Shown piece after piece: positions 10,006-18,879 of a stretch of DNA of 38,209 nt. The DNA is from Candidatus Zixiibacteriota bacterium (GTDB lineage Bacteria > Zixibacteria > MSB-5A5 > GN15 > FEB-12): assembly GCA_041742355.1 (NCBI GenBank), contig JBGSIV010000198.1, positions 1 through 38,209 on the forward strand, read 5' to 3'. Made by a program: the position numbers and the translations under genes. Below the pieces are notes generated by a model that was not told the DNA's origin, did not search any database, and was given only the letters and a program-made list of their open reading frames with translations. Each line of letters starts with the position of its first letter. The first letter of the stretch is position 1.

Positions 10006-12495
10006 TTGCTAAATCGGATCGTGACACGAAGAGCAGGGATTGCTCTTGGCTGCCTTCTGGCAGTACTCCTTCTGGCACAGCTGGGCCAGGCCCAGAACAG
10101 CGACCAGTTCCGGGTCGTCGATGTCCAGGTGGAAGGCAACCGCGTCGCCACCCGGTCGCTGATCCTCGGTGTCGCCGCGATTGAGGTCGGCAGTCCGCTC
10201 ACGCCGACGGCCGTTGCCGAGTCGATCCGGCGCCTCTACGCCCTCGGGATCTTCCGCGACATCTCGATTGATGCCGAGGAGGTCACGGGCGGCATCAAAG
10301 TCACTATCAGTGTCGATGAGCTCCCCAAGCTGTCCGGGCTGGAGTTCAAAGGCAACAGCAAGATCAAAGACGACAAGCTCCGGGAAGAACTCGGGTTGGG
10401 CGTGGGCGGTTACATCTCCCCCTACCTCGTCGAACGGAGCCGGGCCGATATCTACGATTTCTACGCCTCCAAGGGCTACTTCCGCGCGGAAATCCGGCCG
10501 GAGCTGGTGTACGCTGATGACTCGACCAGCGCGGTCCTTGAGTTCAATATCGAGGAACGCGATAAGGTCAAGGTCGAACGGGTCGTTATTGAGGGCAACG
10601 AGCGCGTCGAGGACGGCGACCTCGTCGGCAAGATGCGCAACCGCAAGCGGGGGTGGTTCCGCTCCTCCGATTTTGCCCAGGACGAGTTCGAGAGCGACCT
10701 GACCAAGGTCATCGAGGAGTACCACAAGCGCGGCTTCATCGACGCGTACTTGATCGACGATTCCCTGGCGATCGACACCTCCCGCAACCGCATGACGGTG
10801 CATCTGCAGGTGTACGAGGGGCCGCAGTACTATTTCGGGGCGACATCGTTCGAAGGAAACGAAAAGCTCTCCGATGAGCAGTTGCAGCGGGCGCTCAAAC
10901 ACGAGCCCGGCGCGGTGTTCAACCTCGAGAAGTACGATGAGTCCCTCATGGAGGTCGCCTCGGCCTACTACGAGATCGGCCACCTGCACATCCAGATCGA
11001 CGACCAGCGCGCCACCGAAAGCGACACGCTCATAAACATCACGTACAGCATCACTGAAGGTCTTCCGTCGCACATCAACCTGGTCCGGATCGTCGGCAAC
11101 TACAAGACCAAGGATCAGGTGGTACGCCGCGAGTTGTCGGTCATGCCGGGGCAGGTTTTCAACCGGTCGCTCCTGATCCGGTCGGTCCGCGACGCCATGG
11201 CGCTGAACTTCTTCGAGATCGTCGAGCCCAAGCCGGTCGATCTGCCCAGCGGCGACGTTGACCTGGTGTTTGAGGTCAAAGAGAAGCAGACCGGGCAGAT
11301 CTCCGCCGGCGCCGGCTACAACAGCCAGGACAAACTTGTCGGCACGTTTGGCATGGGGATTCCGAATTTCCGCGGGATGGGGCAGAACCTTTCATTCAAC
11401 GTCAATTTTGGCAGCCGCCGCAATTCGTTCTCAGTGTCGTTCACCGAACCGTGGCTGTTCGGACGCCCGACCCTCCTGGGGCTCAACGCCTTTGCCACCA
11501 ACCGGCGCTGGTACGACGACTACACCGAAGGGCGCACCGGCGGATCGATTCGGCTCGGTCGCCGCTTGCGCTGGCCGGACAACTATTTCCGCGTGTACGG
11601 CTCCTACGCCCTCGAGCGCACCAAGTTTTACGATTTCGACGATACCTACGAGGCCAACAGCTCCTATAAGGCGCGGTACTTCTACAACAATCCGACGACC
11701 GCTACCCGATCCGATTCGCTCCTCTCCAGCCGGACCTACGGCCCCTATCCGGGATCGGTCATCGCTTACGGTGAAGAGCCGCTGACCGCTTCGCGTATCG
11801 CCTTCTCGGTCACCCGGGACTCGCGCAACCTGCCCGAGTTCGCCACCAAAGGCTCCATCCTGTCCTACACGATCGAGAAGACGGGCGGGTTTCTCGGCGG
11901 ATACTGGAACTACACCAAGCACGACCTCGAGGTCGCCCAGTTCATTCCCCTCATGTGGGGCTGGGCGATCGCCGCACGCGCGCAGTACGGCGTGGTGACT
12001 TCCCCCCGGGGGGATGACCGTATCCTCGTGTCGGACCGCTTCACCCCGGGCGGCACCGCGTACGACGGCATCGTGCGAGGCTACGATGATGGCAGCCTGA
12101 CCCCTGATTCGGTCGTGACCCAGTCGGACACGTCGTTCTTCTACACCAACCCCAACGCCGTCATCGGCGTCGATCCGCCCGACGACACCACGTTCTCCAA
12201 TTTTACGACCCGGGTGCGGGGCAAGTACATGTTCGTCACCAATGTCGAGCTGCAGGTACCCATTTCCCGGAACCAGTTCTACGGTCTGCTCTTCTTCGAT
12301 GCCGGCAATTCCTGGCTCCATCGTCCTGACATCAATCTCGTCAGCGAGTTGTATAAGAGTGTAGGGTTCGGCTTCCGGATTGTCGTGCCGGCGATAGGCA
12401 CCATCGGCTTCGACTTCGGGTACCCGCTGGACAAAGTCGAGGGCGAGAAACAGAGCTGGAAACCGCACTTCCAGATTGGAACAACGTTCAGATAA
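10006..12495 (+). CDS. bamA: Outer membrane protein assembly factor BamA
   Basis: Signal peptide, five POTRA-like repeats (GN motifs), VKEKQTG at the barrel start, VRGY motif, C-terminal HFQIGTTFR; followed by skp and lpxD. The TTG start is uncertain. Confidence 0.95.
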   Translation: MLNRIVTRRAGIALGCLLAVLLLAQLGQAQNSDQFRVVDVQVEGNRVATRSLILGVAAIEVGSPLTPTAVAESIRRLYALGIFRDISIDAEEVTGGIKVTISVDELPKLSGLEFKGNSKIKDDKLREELGLGVGGYISPYLVERSRADIYDFYASKGYFRAEIRPELVYADDSTSAVLEFNIEERDKVKVERVVIEGNERVEDGDLVGKMRNRKRGWFRSSDFAQDEFESDLTKVIEEYHKRGFIDAYLIDDSLAIDTSRNRMTVHLQVYEGPQYYFGATSFEGNEKLSDEQLQRALKHEPGAVFNLEKYDESLMEVASAYYEIGHLHIQIDDQRATESDTLINITYSITEGLPSHINLVRIVGNYKTKDQVVRRELSVMPGQVFNRSLLIRSVRDAMALNFFEIVEPKPVDLPSGDVDLVFEVKEKQTGQISAGAGYNSQDKLVGTFGMGIPNFRGMGQNLSFNVNFGSRRNSFSVSFTEPWLFGRPTLLGLNAFATNRRWYDDYTEGRTGGSIRLGRRLRWPDNYFRVYGSYALERTKFYDFDDTYEANSSYKARYFYNNPTTATRSDSLLSSRTYGPYPGSVIAYGEEPLTASRIAFSVTRDSRNLPEFATKGSILSYTIEKTGGFLGGYWNYTKHDLEVAQFIPLMWGWAIAARAQYGVVTSPRGDDRILVSDRFTPGGTAYDGIVRGYDDGSLTPDSVVTQSDTSFFYTNPNAVIGVDPPDDTTFSNFTTRVRGKYMFVTNVELQVPISRNQFYGLLFFDAGNSWLHRPDINLVSELYKSVGFGFRIVVPAIGTIGFDFGYPLDKVEGEKQSWKPHFQIGTTFR

Positions 12496-12524
12496 CGAAT
12501 CATACAGTGAAGAGGTATTCGAAC

Positions 12525-13058
12525 ATGCGAGTAGTCACCGTGGCCATGGCCCTGACTTTCGGAGCCCTGCTGCTGTCCGCGGCGATGCCCGAGCCGGCGG
12601 CCGCCCAGAACCTCAAGATTGGCTTCGTACGCGATGACCGCGTCTATGCCGAGTATACCGAGTGGACCCGCGCCCAGGAGCAGTGGGAGACCGAACGCAA
12701 GGCCTGGGATCAGGAAGCCCAGACCAAGGAGCAGGAACTCAACGAACTTCTTGCCGATTATGACAAGCAGAAGCTGATCCTCTCCGACGAGAAGAAGAAG
12801 GAGCGCGAGGCGATGATCCGGACCAAGAAGGACGCCCTCGACGCCTACACGCGCCAGGTCTTCGGCCCAGGCGGCACGGCCGAACGGAAAGAAGCAGAAC
12901 TCATAGAGCCGCTCCTGACCAAAATTCGCAAAGCGATGGAATTGGTTGCGACGGAGAACAGCTACGACGTGATCTTCACCCTCCAGGGGATCGGTTACAT
13001 CAAAGAGCAGTACGATGTCACCGAGCTCGTGCTGACCAAGCTCAACGAAATCGAGTAG
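12525..13058 (+). CDS. skp: Skp/OmpH periplasmic chaperone
   Basis: Signal peptide, KIGFV, long coiled coil, YDVT..VL..L. GAGGT RBS before the ATG at 12525. Lies between bamA and lpxD. Confidence 0.92.
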   Translation: MRVVTVAMALTFGALLLSAAMPEPAAAQNLKIGFVRDDRVYAEYTEWTRAQEQWETERKAWDQEAQTKEQELNELLADYDKQKLILSDEKKKEREAMIRTKKDALDAYTRQVFGPGGTAERKEAELIEPLLTKIRKAMELVATENSYDVIFTLQGIGYIKEQYDVTELVLTKLNEIE

Positions 13059-13066
13059 CGGTCGCG

Positions 13067-14095
13067 GTGGGGTTCACACTTGCACAACTGGCCGATAAGA
13101 TCGGCGGAACCGTTGATGGCGACGGCGGTGTGGTTATTACCGCCGCCGCGCCCATCGAGTCGGCCGGTCCGGCCGACATCAGTTTCGTCGCCAACGAGCG
13201 CTACGCGAAATATGTGGCCTCGACCTGCGCCGGCGCACTGGTTCTGCACCCCAAAGTTCCCTGCACCCGCGTTCCCGTGATACGTCACGAGAACCCCTAC
13301 CTTGCCTTTGCCTGCATCGTCGACTTTCTCTACCCCGACGAACCCCTTGTTGCGCCCGGCAACGACCCGAGTGCGGTCATCTCGGCCAGCGCCGAGGTAG
13401 ACACCGGCGCCGGCATCGGCCCGCTGTGCCATGTCCGCGATGGCGCCCGTATCGGTAAGGGGACTGAGCTGGTGTCCTCGGTCTTTGTAGGCCGCAACGT
13501 CACGATTGGCGAGGGTTGCCGCATTTATCCCGGCGTCTGCATCATGGACGGCACCACTATCGGCAACCGCGTTATCATTCACTCGTCCACGGTCATCGGT
13601 TCGGACGGTTTCGGGTTTGCAGAGTCGAAAACCGGGCTTAAGAAGATCAAGCAGGTGGGGTGGGTGGAGATCGGCGACGACGTGGAGATCGGCTCCAACT
13701 GCTCGATTGACCGCGGGGCTCTCGGCCCGACCCGGATCGGCAACGGCACGAAGATCGACAACCTCGTGCAGATCGCGCATAATGTAGAGATCGGCCGGCA
13801 CAGCATCATCGTGTCGCAGGTGGGGATCTCCGGATCGACCAAAGTCGGCAACGGGGTGATTCTCGCCGGCCAGGTCGGCGTGATTGGACATCTTGAGATT
13901 GGCGATGGCGTGAGGGTGGCAGCTCAATCGGGCGTGGCCAAAAGCGTCGAGGCGGGGAAAACCGTCTTTGGCTCCCCCGCCCGGGACATCATGGAAACGA
14001 AACGAATCGAGGCCGCCCTCGGACGGCTGCCCGAATTGCTCAAACGGGTCAGGCACCTCGAAAGCAAACTCGCTGGGGACGAGCAGGACGACTAA
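13067..14095 (+). CDS. lpxD: UDP-3-O-acylglucosamine N-acyltransferase
   Basis: Hexapeptide repeats, GSDGFGF, IDRG, KIDNLVQIAHNV. Confidence 0.97.
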   Translation: MGFTLAQLADKIGGTVDGDGGVVITAAAPIESAGPADISFVANERYAKYVASTCAGALVLHPKVPCTRVPVIRHENPYLAFACIVDFLYPDEPLVAPGNDPSAVISASAEVDTGAGIGPLCHVRDGARIGKGTELVSSVFVGRNVTIGEGCRIYPGVCIMDGTTIGNRVIIHSSTVIGSDGFGFAESKTGLKKIKQVGWVEIGDDVEIGSNCSIDRGALGPTRIGNGTKIDNLVQIAHNVEIGRHSIIVSQVGISGSTKVGNGVILAGQVGVIGHLEIGDGVRVAAQSGVAKSVEAGKTVFGSPARDIMETKRIEAALGRLPELLKRVRHLESKLAGDEQDD

Positions 14096-14097
14096 CC

Positions 14098-14679
14098 TCA
14101 GGTCTTCAGCTTTGCCTCAATCTCCGCGATTTTTTCCCAGTTCTTCTCCATCTGTTCGATAATCCGCACAAGCTGCCGCTGGCCGCTCACGACAGTGATT
14201 TCGCGCATTGCTTCAAGAAGTTCCCACTGCTGGCGATTGATCACTTTCCACTGGGCGATCTGGCTCCCGAGATTCGACGTGGCCATGTTCATCTCGTAGA
14301 CGAGTTCCTGAATGTGCGGAGCGCTGCTGCGCGCCTGGATCTTGCTTGACAAATCCCCCTCTGCCATCGACTGCAGGCGCTGCTTCACGACAGTCGCGGG
14401 CTGCTGCAGGTGCGTCGCGGGGACCAGCGACAGCACACAAATGGCGGTGATCGCCGCGACCACGGCCGATATCAGGTACGGCACGACACTCAGGCCGATG
14501 ATCTCCAGCCCGGTGAACACCGGCTCCATTTGAACGCGAGAGATGGTGGAATTGAACACGAATATAGTGAGCGCCGAGATGGTGACGGCTGATCCGATCA
14601 GAAAGGCCACGCGGCTGACAAGGCTGTATCGATTCACGGCAGACATGGCGTCGACAGCGAAACGGTGGGCGAAAGACAT
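14098..14679 (-). CDS. Membrane protein with two TM helices and a HAMP-like domain
   Basis: Two hydrophobic segments followed by P...LQSMAEGDLS...ELVYEMN. No output domain. Confidence 0.65.
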   Translation of the reverse strand: MSFAHRFAVDAMSAVNRYSLVSRVAFLIGSAVTISALTIFVFNSTISRVQMEPVFTGLEIIGLSVVPYLISAVVAAITAICVLSLVPATHLQQPATVVKQRLQSMAEGDLSSKIQARSSAPHIQELVYEMNMATSNLGSQIAQWKVINRQQWELLEAMREITVVSGQRQLVRIIEQMEKNWEKIAEIEAKLKT

Positions 14680-14815
14680 AGCGGGATCCTCCGATGACAG
14701 GGTGGAGCAAACCGCGGGACTAATCCCCGGGGTAATCTTGTACCTGCTTCATCGGCTGCGGTGGGTTCACTTCTTAGCCTGATTGCGGTACAGCGAAAGT
14801 GCGTAGACTGCACAG

Positions 14816-14853
14816 CAATCGGCCGCGCAAGCTGTTGCCCGCGCGGCCGTTGC
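14816..14853 (-). terminator. Hairpin downstream of ssb
   Basis: GCAA-T-CGGCCGCGC-N12-GCGCGGCCG-TTGC inverted repeat. Confidence 0.45.
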
Positions 14854-14873
14854 AGAAATTGGTCAGGTGCTGC

Positions 14874-15302
14874 TCAGAACGGCAGATCGTCGTCGTCCGG
14901 CGGTGCCCCATTCGGCGCCGCAGACTCGTCATGCACCGGCGTCCGTTCCTGGCCGCCGCCGCCCGCGGAGGCTCCCTTACTGCCGATGAACTGGAAGTTT
15001 TGTACGACGATCTCGGAGATATACTTCTTGTTGCCGTCCTTATCTTCGTAAGACCGGTTGACTATGCGCCCCTCGATGTACACCTGTTGGCCCTTGGCTA
15101 GGTACTCGTTCATGATTTCGGCCGGCTTGCCCCACGCGACGATGTTGTGCCAGATCGTCTGCTCCTGCTTCTGGCCATCCGCGCCGGTCCACCTTTCCGA
15201 GGTCGCCAGCGTAAAGGTCGCAACGGCCTTGCCGCTCGGCGTGTACTTCAGCTCCGGGTCCCGCCCGAGATTGCCGATGAGAATGGCTTTGTTAACGCCC
15301 AT
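14874..15302 (-). CDS. ssb: Single-stranded DNA-binding protein
   Basis: VNKAILIGNLGRDPE OB fold; acidic tail DDDDLPF. Confidence 0.99.
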   Translation of the reverse strand: MGVNKAILIGNLGRDPELKYTPSGKAVATFTLATSERWTGADGQKQEQTIWHNIVAWGKPAEIMNEYLAKGQQVYIEGRIVNRSYEDKDGNKKYISEIVVQNFQFIGSKGASAGGGGQERTPVHDESAAPNGAPPDDDDLPF

Positions 15303-15530
15303 GATCACTTACCTCTATTCCGTTTGCCTGTTATTGCTCCACATCCGCGGCGGCCGGATGATTATCGACTGTCGTGCTCCTCGTTGGACGCCTCCGGCAC
15401 CTCCGTCGAATACTGCCCACCGGCGGAACACGCACCGTGCCGCATCCGTTAATGTGTACAATATTTTGCTTGTCCGCACAAGCGCAATCACATATTTAGT
15501 GAGCAGTTTCACCTGTGACAGGAACCGACC

Positions 15531-16340
15531 ATGAACGCTCGCATAGATCTCGACCAGGCGATCACCACGATCAAACGTTTTCTGACCGGCAAGCTGCTCC
15601 AGTCCGGCATGAACGGGTATGTTATCGGCATGTCCGGCGGCATCGACTCCGCCGTTTCGGCCGGTTTGGCGGTGCAGGCAGTCGGCCCCGGCAGAGTCTT
15701 CGGCGTGACGATGCCCTACCGCTCGTCGTCACAGGCGTCGTTTCGCGATGCCCGGCGACTCATCGAGCAATTCGGTATGCAGAGCCGCCACGTCGAGATC
15801 TCCCCCATGATTGACGCCTACTACCCGGAAATAAACGAGGGCAATCGCATGCGGGCGGGCAACAAAATGGCCCGGGAGCGCATGTCCATCCTCTTCGATA
15901 TCGCACACGAAACCGGCAGCCTCGTCCTCGGCACCGGCAATCGAACGGAGATCGCCCTCGGGTACACAACCTGGTACGGCGACTCGGCCTGTTCGCTCAA
16001 TCCAATCGGGGAGTTATACAAAACTGAAGTGAGGGCCATCGCCGCACGGCTCGGCATACCTGAGGACATCATCACGAAACCGCCCACTGCGGACCTCTGG
16101 CAGGGGCAGACCGATGAGGCGGAAATCGGCGTTACCTACAACAAGATGGATAGAATGCTGGAGCGTATGATCGACGACGGGGTGCAGTCGATGGGGAAAC
16201 TCGTCGCCGAGGGTTTCGACAAGATCGACATCTCCCGTGTTGTCTCGCTGCTTACCCGGAACGCGTTCAAGCGCCACCTGCCCGAGCTGGCCCCGATGAA
16301 CCGTCGCCCAATCCCCGACACCATCCACTTAAGCGAATGA
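15531..16340 (+). CDS. nadE: NH3-dependent NAD+ synthetase
   Basis: SGGIDS, N..AR.RM, GTGNRTE, GY.T..GD, LYKTEV, PTADLW. No glutaminase domain. Confidence 0.96.
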   Translation: MNARIDLDQAITTIKRFLTGKLLQSGMNGYVIGMSGGIDSAVSAGLAVQAVGPGRVFGVTMPYRSSSQASFRDARRLIEQFGMQSRHVEISPMIDAYYPEINEGNRMRAGNKMARERMSILFDIAHETGSLVLGTGNRTEIALGYTTWYGDSACSLNPIGELYKTEVRAIAARLGIPEDIITKPPTADLWQGQTDEAEIGVTYNKMDRMLERMIDDGVQSMGKLVAEGFDKIDISRVVSLLTRNAFKRHLPELAPMNRRPIPDTIHLSE

Positions 16341-17062
16341 TGGCCCCCATGTCCGAGACTTCCGGCACCCTCTACCTCGTTCCGACCCCGATCGGCAATC
16401 TCGCCGATCTTACCCGGCGGGCGCAGGAGATCCTGGAGGAGGTCGACATTGTCGCATGTGAGGATACCCGCCACAGCGGCCGCCTCCTCAAGACCCTTGG
16501 GCTGTCCAAACGGCTGGTGAGCTACCACGATTTCAACGAGCAGTCGCGCGCCGACCAATTGATCGATCTGATCAGGGGGGGGCAGTCGGTCGCCGTGATC
16601 AGCGATGCCGGCTCGCCGGGAATTTCGGATCCGGCCTACCGGATAGTCCGCACGGCGATCGAATGCGATATCCCGGTTGTTCCCCTTCCCGGTCCGACAT
16701 CGATCATCCCGGCCCTGACGGCATCGGGCCTGCCCACCGATCGGTTTTTCTTCGAGGGATTTCTGCCGCACAAGTCGGGTGCGCGGCGGACCCGGCTGGG
16801 CAAACTGGCCGAGTATGACCACACGCTGGTGTTTTTCGAGTCCCCGCACCGCGTGGTCAAGTCATTGGAGGACATTCTCGACGTACTCGGCGACCGGCCC
16901 GCCTGCCTTGCGCGCGAACTGACCAAGCTCCACGAAGAATTTCTCCGCGGAACCGTCTCGGAAATCCTCCTCGCGATTGGCAAGAAGACCGTTCGCGGCG
17001 AAATCGTGCTGGTCGTCGCCGGCGTTGGTTTCATGACGGTGTTCAAGCGGAGAGGAGACTGA
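16337..17062 (+). CDS. rsmI: 16S rRNA C1402 2'-O-methyltransferase
   Basis: LYLVPTPIGNL, ACEDTR, SDAGSPGISDP, FESPHR, ARELTKLHEE. ATGA overlap with nadE. Confidence 0.97.
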   Translation: MMAPMSETSGTLYLVPTPIGNLADLTRRAQEILEEVDIVACEDTRHSGRLLKTLGLSKRLVSYHDFNEQSRADQLIDLIRGGQSVAVISDAGSPGISDPAYRIVRTAIECDIPVVPLPGPTSIIPALTASGLPTDRFFFEGFLPHKSGARRTRLGKLAEYDHTLVFFESPHRVVKSLEDILDVLGDRPACLARELTKLHEEFLRGTVSEILLAIGKKTVRGEIVLVVAGVGFMTVFKRRGD

Positions 17063-17065
17063 GCC

Positions 17066-17983
17066 GTGGGCGACCGTCGACTTCCGATGTACGTTCATGA
17101 CAAAGCCCTCATGGCCTACGGCCTGATCATGGTTGTGGTCCTGGGAGCGTTCGGTCGCCCCTATCGCGCCTATGTCGACGAGACCATCTTTTACGCCGGT
17201 CTCGCGGTTCTGGCATATGTCGTCGCCCGTTACGTCGATGAAGACCGGAGCGGCTGGCACCGATTTCTGCGGCTTATGTACCCCGCCGTGCTCTTTCCAG
17301 TGCTTTACCGCGAGACCGGCGGAACGATGTTTCTCTTTTTCGATCACTTCTTCGACGCCGAGCTGACGGCATTTGAGTACCGGATACTCGGCGTCAACCC
17401 GACTATATTCATTGACCAACACTTGCTCAACACTTGGACCACCGAAATCCTGTCGCTATGCTACTGGCTATACTACCCTCTCCTGCCCGGATATCTGCTG
17501 CTTGTGTACATCCGGCGAGACTACGATATTGTAAAAAGCTCGATAGCGGCGATGACCATCACGTTCATAGCGGGGTACGTCCTGTTTTTCGTCTACCCAG
17601 TTGAGGGGCCCCGGTGGTTCTTCGCCGATCAGTATCTGAACCCGGTGGAGGGCCCTGTTTTTCGCCCGATGGTGGAGTTCATGATCAGGAATGGCGCGGT
17701 GCGCGGCGGCTGCATGCCGTCGACCCACTACGCCGTCGCCCTCGTGATCACGCTTTTCACGGGCAAGTACTACCCGCGGTGGCTCTGGGTGATGATCCCG
17801 TTGTCCACGGGCTTGGCTCTCGGCACTGTCTGGGGGCGATTTCACTACGTGTCGGACGTCGTGGTCGGCGGCATGATCGCCCTGGCCGTGACTTTCATCG
17901 TCTGGCACACTGCCCCGGATCGCCGGGTGACGAAAACGGCTGCAGCCCCACACAAGGAGGCGTTTCCTTACCATGCATCCTGA
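17066..17983 (+). CDS. PAP2-superfamily membrane protein (Aur1/PAP2_3-like)
   Basis: Multiple TM helices; motifs YPVEGPR, CMPSTH, RFHYVSDV. Confidence 0.85.
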   Translation: MGDRRLPMYVHDKALMAYGLIMVVVLGAFGRPYRAYVDETIFYAGLAVLAYVVARYVDEDRSGWHRFLRLMYPAVLFPVLYRETGGTMFLFFDHFFDAELTAFEYRILGVNPTIFIDQHLLNTWTTEILSLCYWLYYPLLPGYLLLVYIRRDYDIVKSSIAAMTITFIAGYVLFFVYPVEGPRWFFADQYLNPVEGPVFRPMVEFMIRNGAVRGGCMPSTHYAVALVITLFTGKYYPRWLWVMIPLSTGLALGTVWGRFHYVSDVVVGGMIALAVTFIVWHTAPDRRVTKTAAAPHKEAFPYHAS

Positions 17984-18815
17984 ACTAATGCAATTCGGCC
18001 CGATTCATGTCCGCAGCTACGGACTGCTGCTGGCTATTTCGTTCCTGCTGGGCGTCCTGTACATCTGGTGGATCACGAAAAGGCACCGCCGGCCGTTTGA
18101 ACCCTACCTGACGATCGCGTACATCATGACGATCGGCGGGATCGTCGGCGCCCGGCTATTCTATGTTCTCTTCCATCTCGAGGAATTCAAGGGGAACTGG
18201 GGTGCGACTTTCAACCCCTTTGCCTCCAGTGAATTCGGCATTGCCGGGCTGAATCTGTACGGCGGCATTCTCGTGGCCGTGGTCGGGTCGTTCCTTTACG
18301 CGCGCTGGCAGAAACTGCCTGTGCTGGACATTTTTGACTACTTCGCTCCCACCCTCGGCCTCGGGCTTTTCTTCACACGCATCGGCTGTTTTCTGAACGG
18401 CTGCTGCTTCGGGACGCCGACCGACCTCCCCTGGGGAATCAGTTTCCCGGAGGGATCTCTCCCCTACTACGTCTTCGGCAGTACCCACCTGCATCCCTCG
18501 CAGCTCTACAGCTCCCTCTACGGTGCCCTGCTGTTCGTGCTGCTGCACTACATACTCACGCACAGGAAGTTTATCGGGCAGGCAGCGGCGCTGTTCTTCA
18601 TGATCGAAGCGGCCTTCCGCTACGGTATCGAGTACGTGCGTTACTACGAAGAGGAGATGCACTTCACGATCGGTTCGATGCAACCGACCTACAACCAGGT
18701 TATTTCGCTCGGGCTCTTCCTGCTCGGGCTCGGGATCTACCTGTACCAGTCGCGCCGGGCACGCGTGAAGCCGGCTGCTGCGTCTCCGGCGCCTGCCGAA
18801 CGGGCTCGCTCATAG
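17973..18815 (+). CDS. lgt: Prolipoprotein diacylglyceryl transferase
   Basis: RSYG, GARLFYV, RIGCFLNGCCFG, HPSQLY, R...EY.R. Confidence 0.96.
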   Translation: MHPELMQFGPIHVRSYGLLLAISFLLGVLYIWWITKRHRRPFEPYLTIAYIMTIGGIVGARLFYVLFHLEEFKGNWGATFNPFASSEFGIAGLNLYGGILVAVVGSFLYARWQKLPVLDIFDYFAPTLGLGLFFTRIGCFLNGCCFGTPTDLPWGISFPEGSLPYYVFGSTHLHPSQLYSSLYGALLFVLLHYILTHRKFIGQAAALFFMIEAAFRYGIEYVRYYEEEMHFTIGSMQPTYNQVISLGLFLLGLGIYLYQSRRARVKPAAASPAPAERARS

Positions 18816-18823
18816 AAAAGCAA

Positions 18824-18851
18824 CGGGCAGGTGTCCAGCGACACCTGCCCG
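18824..18851. terminator. Hairpin between convergent lgt and YCF48 genes
   Basis: CGGGCAGGTGTC-CAGC-GACACCTGCCCG, a perfect 12-bp stem. Confidence 0.7.
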
Positions 18852-18879
18852 GTCATTCGATCATTCCGGAAATCGGGCG

